Of a stretch of 64,000 nt of DNA, positions 13,801 to 28,800 are shown in pieces; positions within the stretch are counted from its first letter, which is position 1; each line of letters starts with the position of its first letter. The stretch is from the NCBI GenBank assembly GCA_903813345.2, contig CAIIXF020000001.1:11222001-11286000 (forward strand), in the 5' to 3' direction. The notes beneath the pieces were generated by a model. The model was not told the origin of the DNA, searched no databases, and saw nothing but the letters and a program-made list of their open reading frames with translations. Both the position numbers and the translations under genes were made by a program. The DNA is from Owenia fusiformis. Lineage: Eukaryota.

Positions 13801-16800
13801 TGAAATGGATTGAACTTGAAAGTTATGTTTAAGTATTTTTATTATCACACCATCGGTGGGATACAGTCGTCATAGTCATCGTGATCGTGAGTGTCCAGCT
13901 TTTTTGTCAAGTTCTGGCGCTGATTAACTTTTGGGTGACCATCTTGTTTTCTGGTGGCCATTTTGAAGGTTTTTCAAAAAATTTTGTCATCGCCATTTCA
14001 GGAAAACAGCTTATCAGATTTTCTCCAAATTAACACACATGATAGAGGATATCAAGTTCGATAAATCTTGTCATCGCCATTTCAGGAAAATAGCTTGTCA
14101 ATTGTCTCCAAATTCGCATACATGATAGAGGATATCAAGTTCTAGATCTGATTAACATTTGGGCAGCCAACTTTTTTTGGTGGCCATTTTGAAGGTTTTT
14201 TGATGGTGTGATCTCGTTCATGTCATGTACCTTGTTAATTCTGGGTTATTCTCAATATGTTTCCAATTGATAGTTTTAATCATCATAAATCTGAAAGTTT
14301 GAGATTTTATTTACAATTGAGCCAAATCCATTCTGATACTCATAGCATCTCTCTGTTTCACCTGAAACATCTCAGGGCTGAGAAGAAATGAGATGTCATG
14401 GTTTATCATGATGAGCCAAATCTGACATACCATATTGTGATTAAAGTTGCAACAATTACTCATCTACCAGTGTCAAAATATATTTAAGTTTGGATATTTC
14501 ATCAAGACTAACATATATTTTTACTATCTACAAAGAAACCCCCTGGATGAACATTATTTCAGCTGATATTCCTCTTGAAACATGGTGAATCTTAAAAATC
14601 TATAAATGGGACTCCCTTTATAGAAGCTTTGAACTGAATTTACACTTCTCAATGCTGAAATTGAGAGTTTATGCATACATTTTAAGGAAATGGGTATGTC
14701 AAAGAAGATGTTAAGCCAAATATTGACCTGATAGCTCAGAAAAAAAATTCAAATTTTCTCTCTACAGTCTTTGTTACCCCTTTAAAGATTTTAAATCAAA
14801 GACAAAATTAATCTGGGAGAATTATTCTGATAATAGCCCGAGTAATACATTCTTACTGAGTAAATTCTAATCTGACACATTTGGTGATCTTTGATTTAAT
14901 AATCAAAGTAAACATCAAGTTGAACAAGTTTATCTTTATCTCAATCAATCAACACAAATAAACTAAAAATAAACTACAAAATACAAAAATATTAAGTAAA
15001 TACAGCATGATAAAATATGAAATGTGTCAATTTAAAGTACAGTATGAAGAAATGTATATCAAAAACAAAGATATTTCATGGCCTATCACATTGTGCTAAC
15101 CTCTAAAATCTCTAAATAATTCTCACATATTGTTTCAAAAGTTGAAATTAATTGCATAAAATTATGTTATATTTATATTTCAAGTTGGGATTAGAAGCAT
15201 TGGGATGAGTTGGGATGAGAAACTTTTAATTAAAATCCCTTCTTGGGCAGAGGTCCTATGCCATAAGGCATAAAAATTAGAACTAAATCTGTCATTTAGT
15301 ATTTGATTATTGCTGGGAAGACAGAAGAACTGACAAACAAATGAATGGACCAAATGACTAGTTGATTGGTAGTAGATGTAACATGAAACTCTGATTATGA
15401 AGGAAATTAAAAACCACTAAAATAAGGATGGACGGACAGATGAACAGACCGACGGAAGCTTTTCTATACTAGATACAGTAATCCTCCCAAACGAGGTCTA
15501 TGGGATAGAATATTCAAACAGATAGGATGCAATAAATTAGTAGATCGTTGAAAAATAAACTTAATTTCAATTAGTTTTTCATTTACTGGGGCATGTCTTT
15601 GATGATGCAATGAATCATCGTCTTGGTTACCGTGTAGGAGTATGATTGACTACAAACCTGTGAACTCAAATCGGTTTATCTTCATAAAGATAATAATAGA
15701 CGCCTAATCTGTAGTTATGAAATATTACTAATCATAAATAAATGGCATCCCCATCTATTTCATAAAATTAATGAAACATTTGCTAATATCTCATCTCAGC
15801 TAAACCTTTACATTAACTCTTGACTCACGTAACTGATACAAATATTACGTGACTGCTGAAAAAACTCACAAAGGAATAACAATGGTTGGTGAAAGTAATG
15901 TTTAAGTTGATTTCAGGTTGTTTGACTCAGTGTTCACAACTTGTACAAAATGATGTCTTGTGTACTTCTATGAATGAAATGTGTGAAAGTAATTTTCACA
16001 TAAATAGGTCAATCTGACCTGAAGACATATGGTCAATGCATGTACTTATAATAATTTATTGTTGTATTTAATTTGGTCCTCCATTCTCACTGACATTAAA
16101 ACTATGACCACATACAAAAGTGTGCAACTGGTAATTGTAAAAAAACATCATCTAATCATTTTCAAAAGTATAATCTTGACTGCTTACTGATTCTTAACAA
16201 ATCTAGCATGGCCATTATACTCAAAGATTATTCCAAAAATAAAATCAAGTTGTTTTATCCATGTATTAGGTCAGGGATTTCATTTGCAGCAGACAACACA
16301 GGCAATTTTCACCAGTTGTTGCCTGTTGTTTTTAGGGACTTTTCCATGTTAAACTCATGACTTCCATTAATTTTGTGTGTTGTTTCATCTATATAGCCTG
16401 TTGTGAGAAATTCTTGTGAAACCCCTGTATTAGGTAAAATCTTTTAAATTATAGCCCTTGTAAATGAGCACTGTGTATCATAAAATAGTTGATAACTAGC
16501 TGCTAAATGGGAAAACATCAGCAAATGAACAATAATGATAGCTTGATCATGATCATGATTACCAATGTATGCTTTTCCTATTAGATACTATAGAATCATT
16601 AGAGATAACATATGCCTGTAATCTAGATAAACCAAAATAGTTCCTGCTTAGAGATGCGTTACTTACTAATCAGTCACTATCAATGATGGAACAAGTACAG
16701 AAAGAGCCAACCCACATCACACATGTATCTTCTTGGACGATATGTTCATTCATCCTTGCTTTGCTTATATTTTTGTGGTTATGCACCTTGTATTGATAGT

Positions 16801-19800
16801 AATGATGCCACTAAAACAATGAAAACTTCCCATATTTACTAACCTGCACCTTGTATTGATAGTAATAATGCCATTTTAACAATGAAAACTTCCCACATTT
16901 ACTGACCTGAATCTTGTATTGATAGAAATGTCACTTTAAGAAACTTCCCATATTTATTAGCCTACATCTTGTATTGCTAGTAGTGATACCACTAACAATG
17001 GAAACTTCCCATATTTACTAACCTGCATCTTGTATTGCTTGTAATGATACCACTTTAACAATGGAAATCTATCACTATTTACTAACCTGCATCTTGTATT
17101 GCCAGTAATGATGCCACTGCCCTCATAGCTGACCTCTTAAGTTCATCCTGTTTCTCAAACTCTTGTTTTACAGAGTTTGCCTTAACTTTCTGGGTACATG
17201 TCTGACGTAGCGGTTCCACCAAACGATCTAATCCTGATAATCAAGTAAACAGAAAGTTTATTTTCTATGGGGACAAGATGTGTAGCATGTTAGTCAATGT
17301 TGAATGGTTTGGTCAATATAGTAGCTCTGTGCCTCAACAAATCATGCAGGTAGCTTACAGGAAATAAAGGTGTTGGGGTAAATTTCAATCAACACCTGAT
17401 TTTTTATTATTAAAACATCAACAGAGAGATTAAGATATTAAACCCTACTTTCAAATGCTTTTGTGAATTTTAAATGCATGTACCCAAAGAAGAACATCTT
17501 CGATCTTCAAACTTAAAAATTATTTATTCTAAAACAAAATTCACTTTTACTTACTCTGCAGTACAGCATTAGGCACTAGATGAGCAAGGCGGACTAACAT
17601 AAGATATGTTAACATTTTGATATCATAGTGATCCTTCAAACCATCCTCTACATGGTTAAGGAACTCAAAGATATCTATCCTATCCAGACAGGAGTCCAAC
17701 AATGTGTACATACACTCAAATGCTGCCTGTAACATACATGTAAATGGAAATAATACGACATTTAATTCACTGGGTGGTGCAATATTTGAATATTTATACA
17801 TTCCATATCTATACAGTATTTTTATGGTTCTGAAACACAAAGCCCAACTGCCACGTCATAATTTATATTTTATTCCAAAAATAGTCTATATTAAATCTGA
17901 TATTTTGGTTTACCAAATACTTTGCAGAATGTCCGGTGTATGTTACTTAATGTGATTTATTGTTTATTGTGGTAACTGTGGTAACCTTTAACAAGAGATA
18001 TGATGTCACATAATCTCAAAACATGATTAATGAAATGTAATCTGTACAGGTACGTACCTTCCTTATATCAAGTCCATCATCCACTGTGTGTTTGAAAGGC
18101 CCCATCTCAACCTCTCTGATAAGCTCTTTCTGTTGAGACAAAAATAACAAACATTATTTCTTCAGTATAGGAACATCTGTACTACAGTAATTCAGTTCCT
18201 CTGTATTTCCTCACGCACTGTTTTGGTATTTTTTATAACAACTTTTTAACAGATCCTTCCAAAAACCAAAATAAGACAAGAATGTGCATTTAGACAAGAT
18301 AATAGGCTGCTTGAAAATCTCACTCACCCTAACTTTAGTTTCATTGTAGAGGTGGGGCAGTATTGACTCTAAAAGGTCTCGAATGAGAGATGGTTTATTG
18401 TGCGCTGCAGAGTTGAATGCAACGAGGGCTACACGACGCACATTCAGGTCAGAGTCTTGTATCGTATTCAAGAAATCTCCTATTGAATTACGTAATTGTG
18501 AGTCTATGGCTTGAGGCTAAAAGTACAGAGATATCAAATCATGAAAGTATATATTTCAAACTATGTGAAAGTATCAATTGTTTTATTCTGTTTTGCCACT
18601 TTTGTCAGGTAATGAATTTCACATGAAAGTAAAAACAACCAGGTGAAAGTGTCAATTGTTTCATTCTGTTTTGCTGCCTTTTCTCTACTAGATCATGGAT
18701 TTTAAATGAATACAATGTGAAATATATGATCAAATCTTGATCTAATATAAGAAACTACTAGCGTATAATGAATTCTCTTCAATTCTGCTCCTTTGAAAAT
18801 ATGAACAAACCTGATCAGAAATAGTGAATTTCACAGCTGTTACAACTGTACTTCTAGTAAGAGCTGAGCCAGAGTCAAGATTGTTCTTTAACTTTGGAAG
18901 GAGGTTGTTGGGGTCTATGAGGGTTAGTTTCCCTAAGCACTCTGCCACTACATTCCTAGTACCCTCTTCTTGTGATTCACAATGACTGAACAACATCAAC
19001 CTGGAATCCATGGAGAAATATAATGAATCCATGTTCATTGTACTTATTTGGGAGCATAATGCCACATGAATTCATGTAGAAAAACAGGTGTTAAGCTCTA
19101 TCATTCAGGAATCATTTAAATAATCAATCAAGGTTGGAGACTATAACAATATGTCAGCACTTGTGGTGATGACATTAAAGTGATTAACCTCCCTCATCCA
19201 GGAATCATTATACTCTAAAAGTGATGTTTTTCTATTAAAAAGTTCAAAACATGTGATATAATAAAAAGCTTGCCATGTGAGCTGAAAAGGATGCGACGAA
19301 CTAGACTCAGAGTGAATTTTGATACGTTTACTCTGCCTGTTCCTACCCTCTTTTTCACAAGCTCTTGCAAAGGGACAAGGAATGAAATTGAACACAGTTC
19401 AATATAGTCTATTACATGTATTAATAGGGTTAATTTGGAAATAAAAATGATCAATTGCCATCCTTCCAACGATTCTCCATATTTACCCCTATAGGTCTTT
19501 GAATTTTGACTGAAACTGACACTTTAAGACAATATCCCATAACTTACCAAATAGGCTCTATGTATGGTTTTATATTTTCTACTGACTGAGCATTCACAGA
19601 TTCACAGCTAATAATCTGAAATGGAAAATGAGGCATTGGCATTGATTTACATATGCAAAATTATATTTATAAGACAAAGGTTGAAATATTGAGGAATTGT
19701 TCAATTTGGACCATTACATCATTTAGCAAACCATGTAAGATGCACACATCAATAAAACTGATGGAATTAAACCAAAGAGGAATGATCAGAAAATATTACC

Positions 19801-22800
19801 TCTTTTAATGAATGAAGAAGCAAGTATTGTTTTTTCACTTGGCGCTCTATTTCTTTGAGAACAAATGGTAAGTATTTTGGGAGGTTTCCAACAGCAATGT
19901 TTCCTATAAAAATACAGAATGGATTGTCATTTTTCATCAAATTATATCTACAAGAGAAAACTTTGTAATGATGGCCCACTCAAATTCCTTCATAGGCTTC
20001 AGTCATACATGAAAATAGTTGATTGCTAATAGAAAACAGGGAAAAAGTGTTCTAGTTTGCAGTTGCTCCCTTTGAAATTCATGTTCAGATAAAAAGATTA
20101 AACAGAACATTATTCGATGAAAGGCCATTGTTATATCTTAGATTTAGGTAACAGTACAACAAAAGAGTGTGTTGTAGTTAATTCAATCAATAGGTGGCAG
20201 CATCTCCTAGTGGCGTATCCAAATGGTGGATTTCCAGTATAGTATGAAAATTATATGTCAGGAAAGCCAAAACTCTCTTATTTGTGAACTAATAGGTGGA
20301 TGGACTAAAAGACACAATATGTTGCAGCAATGTTACTTGCCCAATGCAAATGATGCAGCAGACTTGACTTCCTCATTGTGTGATGAAAATGAGTCCAGAA
20401 TTACATGCTCTAAGTTCCCTTGATCAGCCAGATCTCTACAAGGTAAATATACACAAATTACATATGTACATACTATATGTACATTAAAATACAGAAATTA
20501 GGAAAACAAACCCCAAACATCCCAAACTATAATCAAATGTCTACAGAAACAATGTCTTAAACCCTTCTCACTCACAATTCAGGATCTACATGAGCTTGGG
20601 AGATCTTATTCATACAGAAGACCACTATATAATTTGTTGAAAAGCAAATCAATAACAAAGCATTAACATGATTAACATGTTGTCACCACCATTTATTGGA
20701 AGTTGTAAGAATCATCCACAAAAAAGTTAGAGACTATAGGAATATGTCAACACTTCTGGTGGTGACAAAAAATGAACTCTTGACATCAAAAATAGTTGCA
20801 AGTATTTATGCAAGATGGAGCATTTAGTCTCAAATAATGTGGGACAAACAAAAACAGATGTGTCTACTGTATAACTGTAAATTACTCCAGGCAGAACACT
20901 TTCCCAATTCATTATCTAACAAACCAATGTGGTTGCCACTCTTCCAGAGTGAGCAGAGCTAGCAGCTTATTTCAACTTACATGTGGTTACCAATCTCCCC
21001 CAGTGTGAGAAGAGCTAGCAGCTGCACAGAATCAGAAGACTGCGATGTTTTTAAGTTGCTGACAAATTGATTAACGACCCCTGTACCCTGTTGCTTGCAA
21101 CATATAGTAAGGGCAGCTACAGCTTTGGCAATGGAATGGAATGCCTGGAAAATTACAACATAAATGTATATTAATAACAAACAACACAAGGTGATCCTCT
21201 TTTGATTCGCTTTAACTTGAATACCTTTTCCAGATAAGTTCATTTTATAGAAAATGTTGTGTAACATTCTTGTTCTACTGGCAAAAAATCAAAAATATAT
21301 AACCGATAGTGATACATCTACATGATGTACTACATGTGCAGTAGAGTGTATACATGATGAGTATGTGTACAGTATACATTGTATTCATGATGTAGTACAT
21401 GAACAGTATACATGATGTAGTTCATGTACAGTATTCATTGTACACATAATGTAGTATTTGTGATGTACATGATGTATGTACAGTATACATGATGTAGTAC
21501 ATGTACGGTGTATGTACATGTACAATATGCATTGTATACAAGATGTAGTACAGTATACCTGTTTATGTACAGCGAAGCTGCCATTAGGGGCAGAGTATAT
21601 AGGACCAGTCAGCATATTGAGAAGTTCAGTGAAGCCCATTCCAGGTGTATTACTCTGAACCAATGCTTGGAAAAACTCTAGTAATGAGTTTAGTGCTCCT
21701 CCTAAAAGCAAGGGAACCTTCATGAGAAGCAATATTTATATTATGATCATCCAACATTTGTCAGAGGTAACATTTTTAAAAACTCCTGTAATAATAATGG
21801 ACAAAATTGATCATTATTAATGATTAAACTTATATGACATTGTATGATGTGAATAAAAATGAAATAAGAATTAAGTTAAATAAAATAAATAGATGTGTAT
21901 ATCTCTGGACCTACCTTGCAGAAGAGGTGATTGTATGAGCACTAGCAGTTGAGGCAGAATAGCACTCTGAATGTTGGACATGCTTAGCTTGCTAACTTGA
22001 GATATGGTTGTAAGTAGGTTCATAGTGAGCTAAAATAGAGAACAAATAAATAAAGTTGAGGGACTAAAATTATTGCTTTCTAAACTTGTTCATGCTTATT
22101 CCACAATATTTTTTTGAAAATTTGAACAAACAATATTGTGTCTTATTTGGTTCAATTTGTGTATTTACCGATTCCACTCTTTTTTAAAAATTATTCTCAC
22201 AAGCTATACATTCAAATGCTAGACATAAAACTGATTCTGATTCTGTTACTGTATTTTTCTTGAATTGTGTAATTGTTAAGCCAAAAAATAAGTTTGTTTA
22301 CCTGAGATACATGGAGATCACTTTCATTGATCAATGCAGGTAATTCTTTCATAACATCATTAATCATAGATGCACTCAGAGATGAACCTATATAATATAC
22401 AATTCATAAAATTAATTGGCAAGTGTAAACATTGCACTTTTAAACAAAACAGGAATTGCAAAGTTGTTCAATGAGATTTAGACATCAAACTGTTATACAG
22501 TAGTGTGTAAATAAATTAACACATATGAAAGAGAGGTTTTACATTTACCACTTTAACCACTCTGTCAATATCTGTAATGAATTGATTGAAAAAATGTACA
22601 TATTCTTGATCAATACTTTATGGATATGCTAGATAAAATCTTTTTTATGCAAACCTCTTTTAAAGGACAACTGAAATAGCTTTTCTCAACTTGCAGCTAC
22701 AAAAATGCGGTTTTCTCCATTGTAAGCCCAACGTAGAGTTCTTGCGATAGCCATTATAAAATAAATGTTAGATAACTGCTAACGGTCATAAATAACGAAA

Positions 22801-25800
22801 CAAAACTAACTGATCAATCAAATTGGCCCCCACGTGATAAGTAACGTCATATACAAAATATAGCTTTGGTTTGTTGGTTCCTTAGTAATCACAACGTCAC
22901 GGCAACCATAGGATTGTAGTGTAAACCAAAACAAAACATTTAGGCATTATGACGTTATGGGCCACGTGGGGACCAGTGAGAGATCACGTGGGGGCCAATA
23001 ACGTCACAACCAATTCGAATATTGCTTATTAAGCAGCTATAACGATCGTTAGAGTGAAATAGTTTTCGCACTACTGATGAGAAAACATGTCCAAATACAT
23101 TTATCAAAAAATTATATTGATTCCTGTAGGTTAAAAATACCATTTCATATCTGCTTTAAGTGTTTACCTTGCCTGTAAGTATTTCACAACTGTAAATGGA
23201 GGGTACTCACCATAGTTTTTGAACATTGCATCAAGGCAAACAAGAGTGCTTAGTTTCAGGGCTCGTTGATTCTTCCTCAAGAATGATGCCAGAATGGGCA
23301 TTCCCTCAGGCTACAAAGTATGTAACACATTATTATGTTCAGTCTAAATCAATAAACCAAGTATAGCTAGTTTTTGCAGTAAAGTGGCTAAGCAAGGGTT
23401 TTCTTTTTTATGTATTCAAAATATAATTTATCACTATATCATATCATTTAACACGTATGTACTATTAAGCACATGTTTCAGTTAGCCTATACAAAAAATA
23501 TGATCACTCAAAATATTCAACGGTATTGGACCACAGGTTCTATTAGAATCAGAGAACACTGAACTGTTCAACTTACCAACATAGGTCTGAGGTCTATTTT
23601 TAAAGGAGAACCTGAAATCAAAGTGAGAGACTTGACAGTGGTCAACCTGGTGATCTCATTCCTTAGTCTTTCCAAGAAGATAGGAAGGCAGTTCTGTAGC
23701 TCCTGCTGTAAACTGTCTCCAAGGTTACATATGATCTGGCCCCTGAAAGTAAATTGTACAACATAAAAGTTTGCCAATAAGTTTGTATTGTAAAACTTGA
23801 ATATCAAAACACATCTCTAATCTGAACACCTTTCAATGTGAACAATGTTTCAGACAGTCCTTAACCTTAAAATGTGAACCCCTATTAATCGGAACACTTT
23901 TGGCCAGTCGAAGTGGCATTCAGATTAGACAGGTTAAACTGTACTCATAATCTGAATGAGGCACCTTCCTAGTTATTCACTGAGGAAAACGTATATATAT
24001 GAACCTAATTAGTAATTACTAATATGCATTCAATCAAGTTATTTCACTTTTATCAGATGTGAAATATGTATCAAAGGTTACCATGCTATATCCCATGAGA
24101 AGGAATATGACTTACATGCAAGAAATGGCCCTCTCTTTGACCTCCTGGTCTATATCTGCAGCTTTAAGTCTGCTCAATGTGGCTGTGTAGATCTCCTTTA
24201 CATAGGGTGCAAAACTGAATGCAGTTGGCTGCTCTGAAAGTTCATAAACACGTCTCCTGAATCCGTGTTTTAAATGAAAAGTTGATGAATTTAAAATGTC
24301 TATATTGAAAGGTTGAAAATTAAAATTTTTATGTTCCTAGCCATAAGTTACACTTTTAATTTTCAAATTGTAAAAATTATTATCTTGCCAAATTCATTAA
24401 GTGATGAGCATAATACATGAATGTTTATTTTACTGAAGACAAGCTAAAAGCATGCACATTTCCACTGACAATAAAATATACATTTTGTGACTTAATATTA
24501 GATAATACATTTTCAAGATCGTTCACAGAACTCAATCTTACCTAGTGGTCTAATGACCTTGACCATCTGCTGGGTGACCAACAAGGCCTCTGATGTGATT
24601 TTGTAGAATGGGTCTCCAATGGCTGCTATAACAGGCTACAATAACAACATTATATAACTCTGTATTACAGTATATTTTAGTGTATAATCAATATATGTTT
24701 TTAAAATAAAAATATTTTATCAAAATCATCATCGATTGTCAACATCAAACAATTACTTTTCTAAGTCTTTTATCGAGAAAAGGAAAAGGCCGTCATTAAA
24801 ACTAGCATTTCATATACAAAAAATAATAAATGTTGGCGTAAAGGCAAACAATGAAATAACCCAGCGGGTCTTGTGAGGTTATGTGAATATCTATAAAAAT
24901 GAAATAGAAAATCACATACTGGCAACAGGACAGGAACATGTGGGTGGAACACAACTGGATTGTGATGAAGAAGTACACAGTTCAGAAATGACAATGTGTC
25001 TATCTTCATATTAGAACTGGAATTTTTTTCTCTGAAAAATAAACATACTGAAATGTGACATTTTGTCTTATCGTAACCATGTTCAATCAGTGATTAAATC
25101 AACACAAAAGTAAATAAAAGTTAGGTTTGTTTTCAAGGAATCAAGCAAAGTTAATTATGTAAATTAGTAATATTGAGAAAGTTTCAAATCTGATATCCAT
25201 TTATATAACAGGAGTAACTGAGGATGAGTAACTGGCTATTTGTTCACAATGGTGAGAGATTTTTAGTATAATTGTTGAAAATGAAATTAAAAGAATCTGA
25301 TAACTCAAAAATCCATTATTTTGTCAAAAAAATACTATTAATTGGTTCCTTTGATTTATTTCCTAATTGATTCTACTTCTGTGTTTAAACACAAAGTATG
25401 GAAGTCCAAAAAAAGTGTGTGAATTAGGCAGGATGCTTACCCCAAAGAAAACTGTATACCAGGTACCAGGGCTGGGATGTGGTCATTCAAGGCCCCTGGC
25501 AGGACCAACACCAACTCTGTCAGTAAACTGAAGCACCCCTGTCTTGTCTTAATACTCTTCTCTTTGAGTTGTTTATGTATGGCTTTAATAATACTAGGAA
25601 TCTGGATTTGAAGCAGCACAACTGGCCTGAAGAAAATTTGGGGTAAAACATTAGAGATGCAATCAATCTACGTCTTATTCTTCCAAATTATGTTTCTGAA
25701 AGTAGACTTAAAAATACCAAATTTAGACCATCTAGATTTGATGAATAGTCAGGAATATTTAGGTGAAAATATTTCAAAAATATATAGAAGCAATTTTAAG

Positions 25801-28800
25801 GTGGATTTCAAAACTTCATACCATTCTTTTGAAAACCTGAAGTGGCACCAGGCAGTCCATTGATTTTTTCACCGAAAATCCCAGATGGCCGCCGCGATGT
25901 ATGAAAAAATTATAAAAAATGACTAAACGTTATGATTTAATAAGTCTAAATAGTTGTATACTGATTAAACATTACTAATAATAGTACCTATCAGAAGCTC
26001 ATATCCATTTAAAGTCATTGGATCATTTTTGTGTGAAAACTGGAGTCCCACAAGGCTCAACTTTATGTCCTCTACTTTCTTTCCATTTTTTGCATTGACC
26101 ATGGCATTTGCACATAGCAATGCATAGAAATCCATTTTTGTAACATGTGCACCTAGGACCACATTTCACCTTGCACCCACACTTGACCAATGCTTCACAT
26201 GCTGCTTGAGGAAGGGCTGTATATAGTGGCACCAGGAGGGACATGTCATACTACCAGCCCCATGTTGTGAACTCCGATACCTATGTTGGATTGAGATTAT
26301 ACAGTTGGCCCCAAACAATACCACCTTGGTTAGCAAGTTCTTAAAATTTTCTGTGCAAGGGCTCCTTTTGTTGGTGGCATTCTATCAATGACTGTATTGC
26401 CATCACAGAACATTTGCCTTCGCGCTGCATCGATATCTATCTGGTTGCTGGTTCGATCATATACTAGAACAGTAAAATGTTTCAGGGACTGAATGGCATG
26501 AACTGACAAAGTCAGGTTTGTTGTAACCATTTGTGCTACTTGTAGAAAAGCTCTGAGTAACTTCCTTGAACACATTTCATAGTTTGAAGGGCAGATTCTT
26601 TGCTATGGCCAAAGAATGGTGCAGTTATATGATATAATTTAATACCTGTAATTTTTGAGAGGTAAGAAGGCAATCCAGATTGACACTTATTGTACCCTAA
26701 TGCTGCAGCCATGGCAAGAACAACTACACCAGTATCTCCACTGATTCTGATTATGAAGTCTTTTTAACCCTCTGAGGTCATCTGTTTTACCTGAACAAAG
26801 AGTCTAGTGTAGTATCAGCTTCTTCATGAGTACAAGGTTCAATCATTACTGTAACTGGCAACTGAGGAAAGCACTTCAACAGATTCCACAATAGTCATAA
26901 ACATCAACCCAAAAATAGAGTTGGCCAGGAATGCTAACAGCTCAGTCTTGTTCTGGTTGTTTCTTAGAAAGCTTAACCGATTCTGGAGCATCACATTCTC
27001 TGCATAAATCATCCATTGCCACAATGAGTCCTTGTCAGGGACTTCCTACTGTTTTATAGGTAGACATCCCAGATAACATCTTATCTTGAAACACCTTCCA
27101 TAGGCCACCTTAACTTGGGATGAGACATTGGTACCATATTCTTGGAAGCTGGTAGCCACACCAGGATGCATCACATGGACCAGAAGGATGCCATCTATTA
27201 AAATTGCATCTGCAGATGGCTTTTCCAATACTTCAGATCCATCTGGCTTAGCTTCTTGACATTTAAGTAAGTCTGCTTTTGTTGTAGGTCTCGTGGCTCC
27301 GTGGTTATGTAGTGATGGTGGGAACTCATGGTTTTCATATTTGAAAAACTCAGACATATCATTGTGTCTTGATTGGCATGCAATGTAGAGTAATAGCAAA
27401 AAGGTCATAATCATTTCTCAGATCCTTGACTTCAGGATTCACTTGCATGCATAGTTGGTGTGGTCTAGGGAGAAAAAACAAAGAATCATCTGCAGTGATT
27501 CCTGAGGTCAAGGAACTGAGAGAAGAAAATTACCTTTTTGCTAAGCTCTATATTGCTTGCCTTTGACAATCAAGACAAACCAGAACAACGGCAACGCCAA
27601 AGCGTAGCGAATCCCATCGAACAGAAATGGCTGGCATTTTTACAAACGAATAGCAAATATCATAAAACAACACACCAGAAAGGCCACCATTTTCAAAATG
27701 GTTGCTCACTAGCCAAGTTGTCATCAGAAGAAATAATATGCTTTTAAGTAGCCACCTCTAAAATTTTTGAAAAATCTCACACGTACTTGTAAAATTACAC
27801 ACATAAAAATGGTGGCCATTTTTCAAAATGGCCAACTACTCCCCAAAGTTTTATTAGACAATGTGCCATGCTTAAAGTATTCACATATCAAATATGAACA
27901 AAATCGCTCCACTACTTTTCAAGTTATAGTAAAATATGTTAAAATGGCAGCCATTTTTCAAAATGGCCACCGTCTACCAAAAGTGTCATTAGAAATAGAC
28001 AGTGTGCCATGCTTATAGTATTCACATACCAAATATGAACAAAATCACTCCACTACTTTTCGCGTTATAGTAAAATACGTTAAAATGGCGGCCATTTTTC
28101 AAATTTTTTTTCAAAATGGCCGCCTTCTACCAAAAGTGTCATAGGACAGTGTGCCATGCTTATAGTATTCACATACCAAATATGAACAAAATCGCTCCAC
28201 TACTTTTCGAGTTATAGTAAAATACGTTAAAATGGCGGCCATTTTGAAAAATGGCCGCCTTCTACCAAAAGTGTTTTTAGACAGTGTGCAATGCTTATAG
28301 TATTCACATACCAAATATGAACAAAATCGCTCCACTATTTTTTGAGTTATAGCAAAAATCGTAAAATGACGAGTAAAGGCCGCCATTTTTCAAGATGGCT
28401 GCCATGTGCTTCTTTAATATCTACATTTGTAGCATTATTAATGTCCTTTATAATTTTTTTACATTTAAAACATTGCTATTACAGTTTTACATATTACACC
28501 TAAATTACTGTAAAATCGGCACTAAAATGGCCGCCATTTTGAAATGAGTGGCCATTTTGAAAATCGGCTTTCGAGCAGAACTTCTACCCCCATAGGGTAT
28601 ATGTGTACAAAATATGAACAAAATTGGGCCAACGGTATTTGAGTTATTGCCCGGACGGACGGACGTACTTACGTACGGACGGACGTACGTACAGACGGAC
28701 GGACGTACGTACGGACGGACGGACGGACGGAGGCGTTCCCTATATCCCTCCGAACTTCGTTCGATGGGATAATAACAGGTCTGAGTTTTTCAAACCTGAA

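Larger units (their letters stand above)
12410..15507 (+). mobile_element. Degenerate HINE-like element hosting several nested insertions
   Basis: 5' ACTAGAAAAACAGCAGTGCCTCAGAGTAGCAAATCCCA resembles the end of the 59016-59806 element. 3' end has a GGAC-type microsatellite remnant (15427-15455) and ...ATGGGATA. Confidence 0.55.

Noticed and set aside
23812..23943. Possible Tc1/pogo MITE end (…CAGATTAGACAGGTTAAACTGTA)
   Set aside because: Only one degenerate end is visible, so boundaries cannot be supported.
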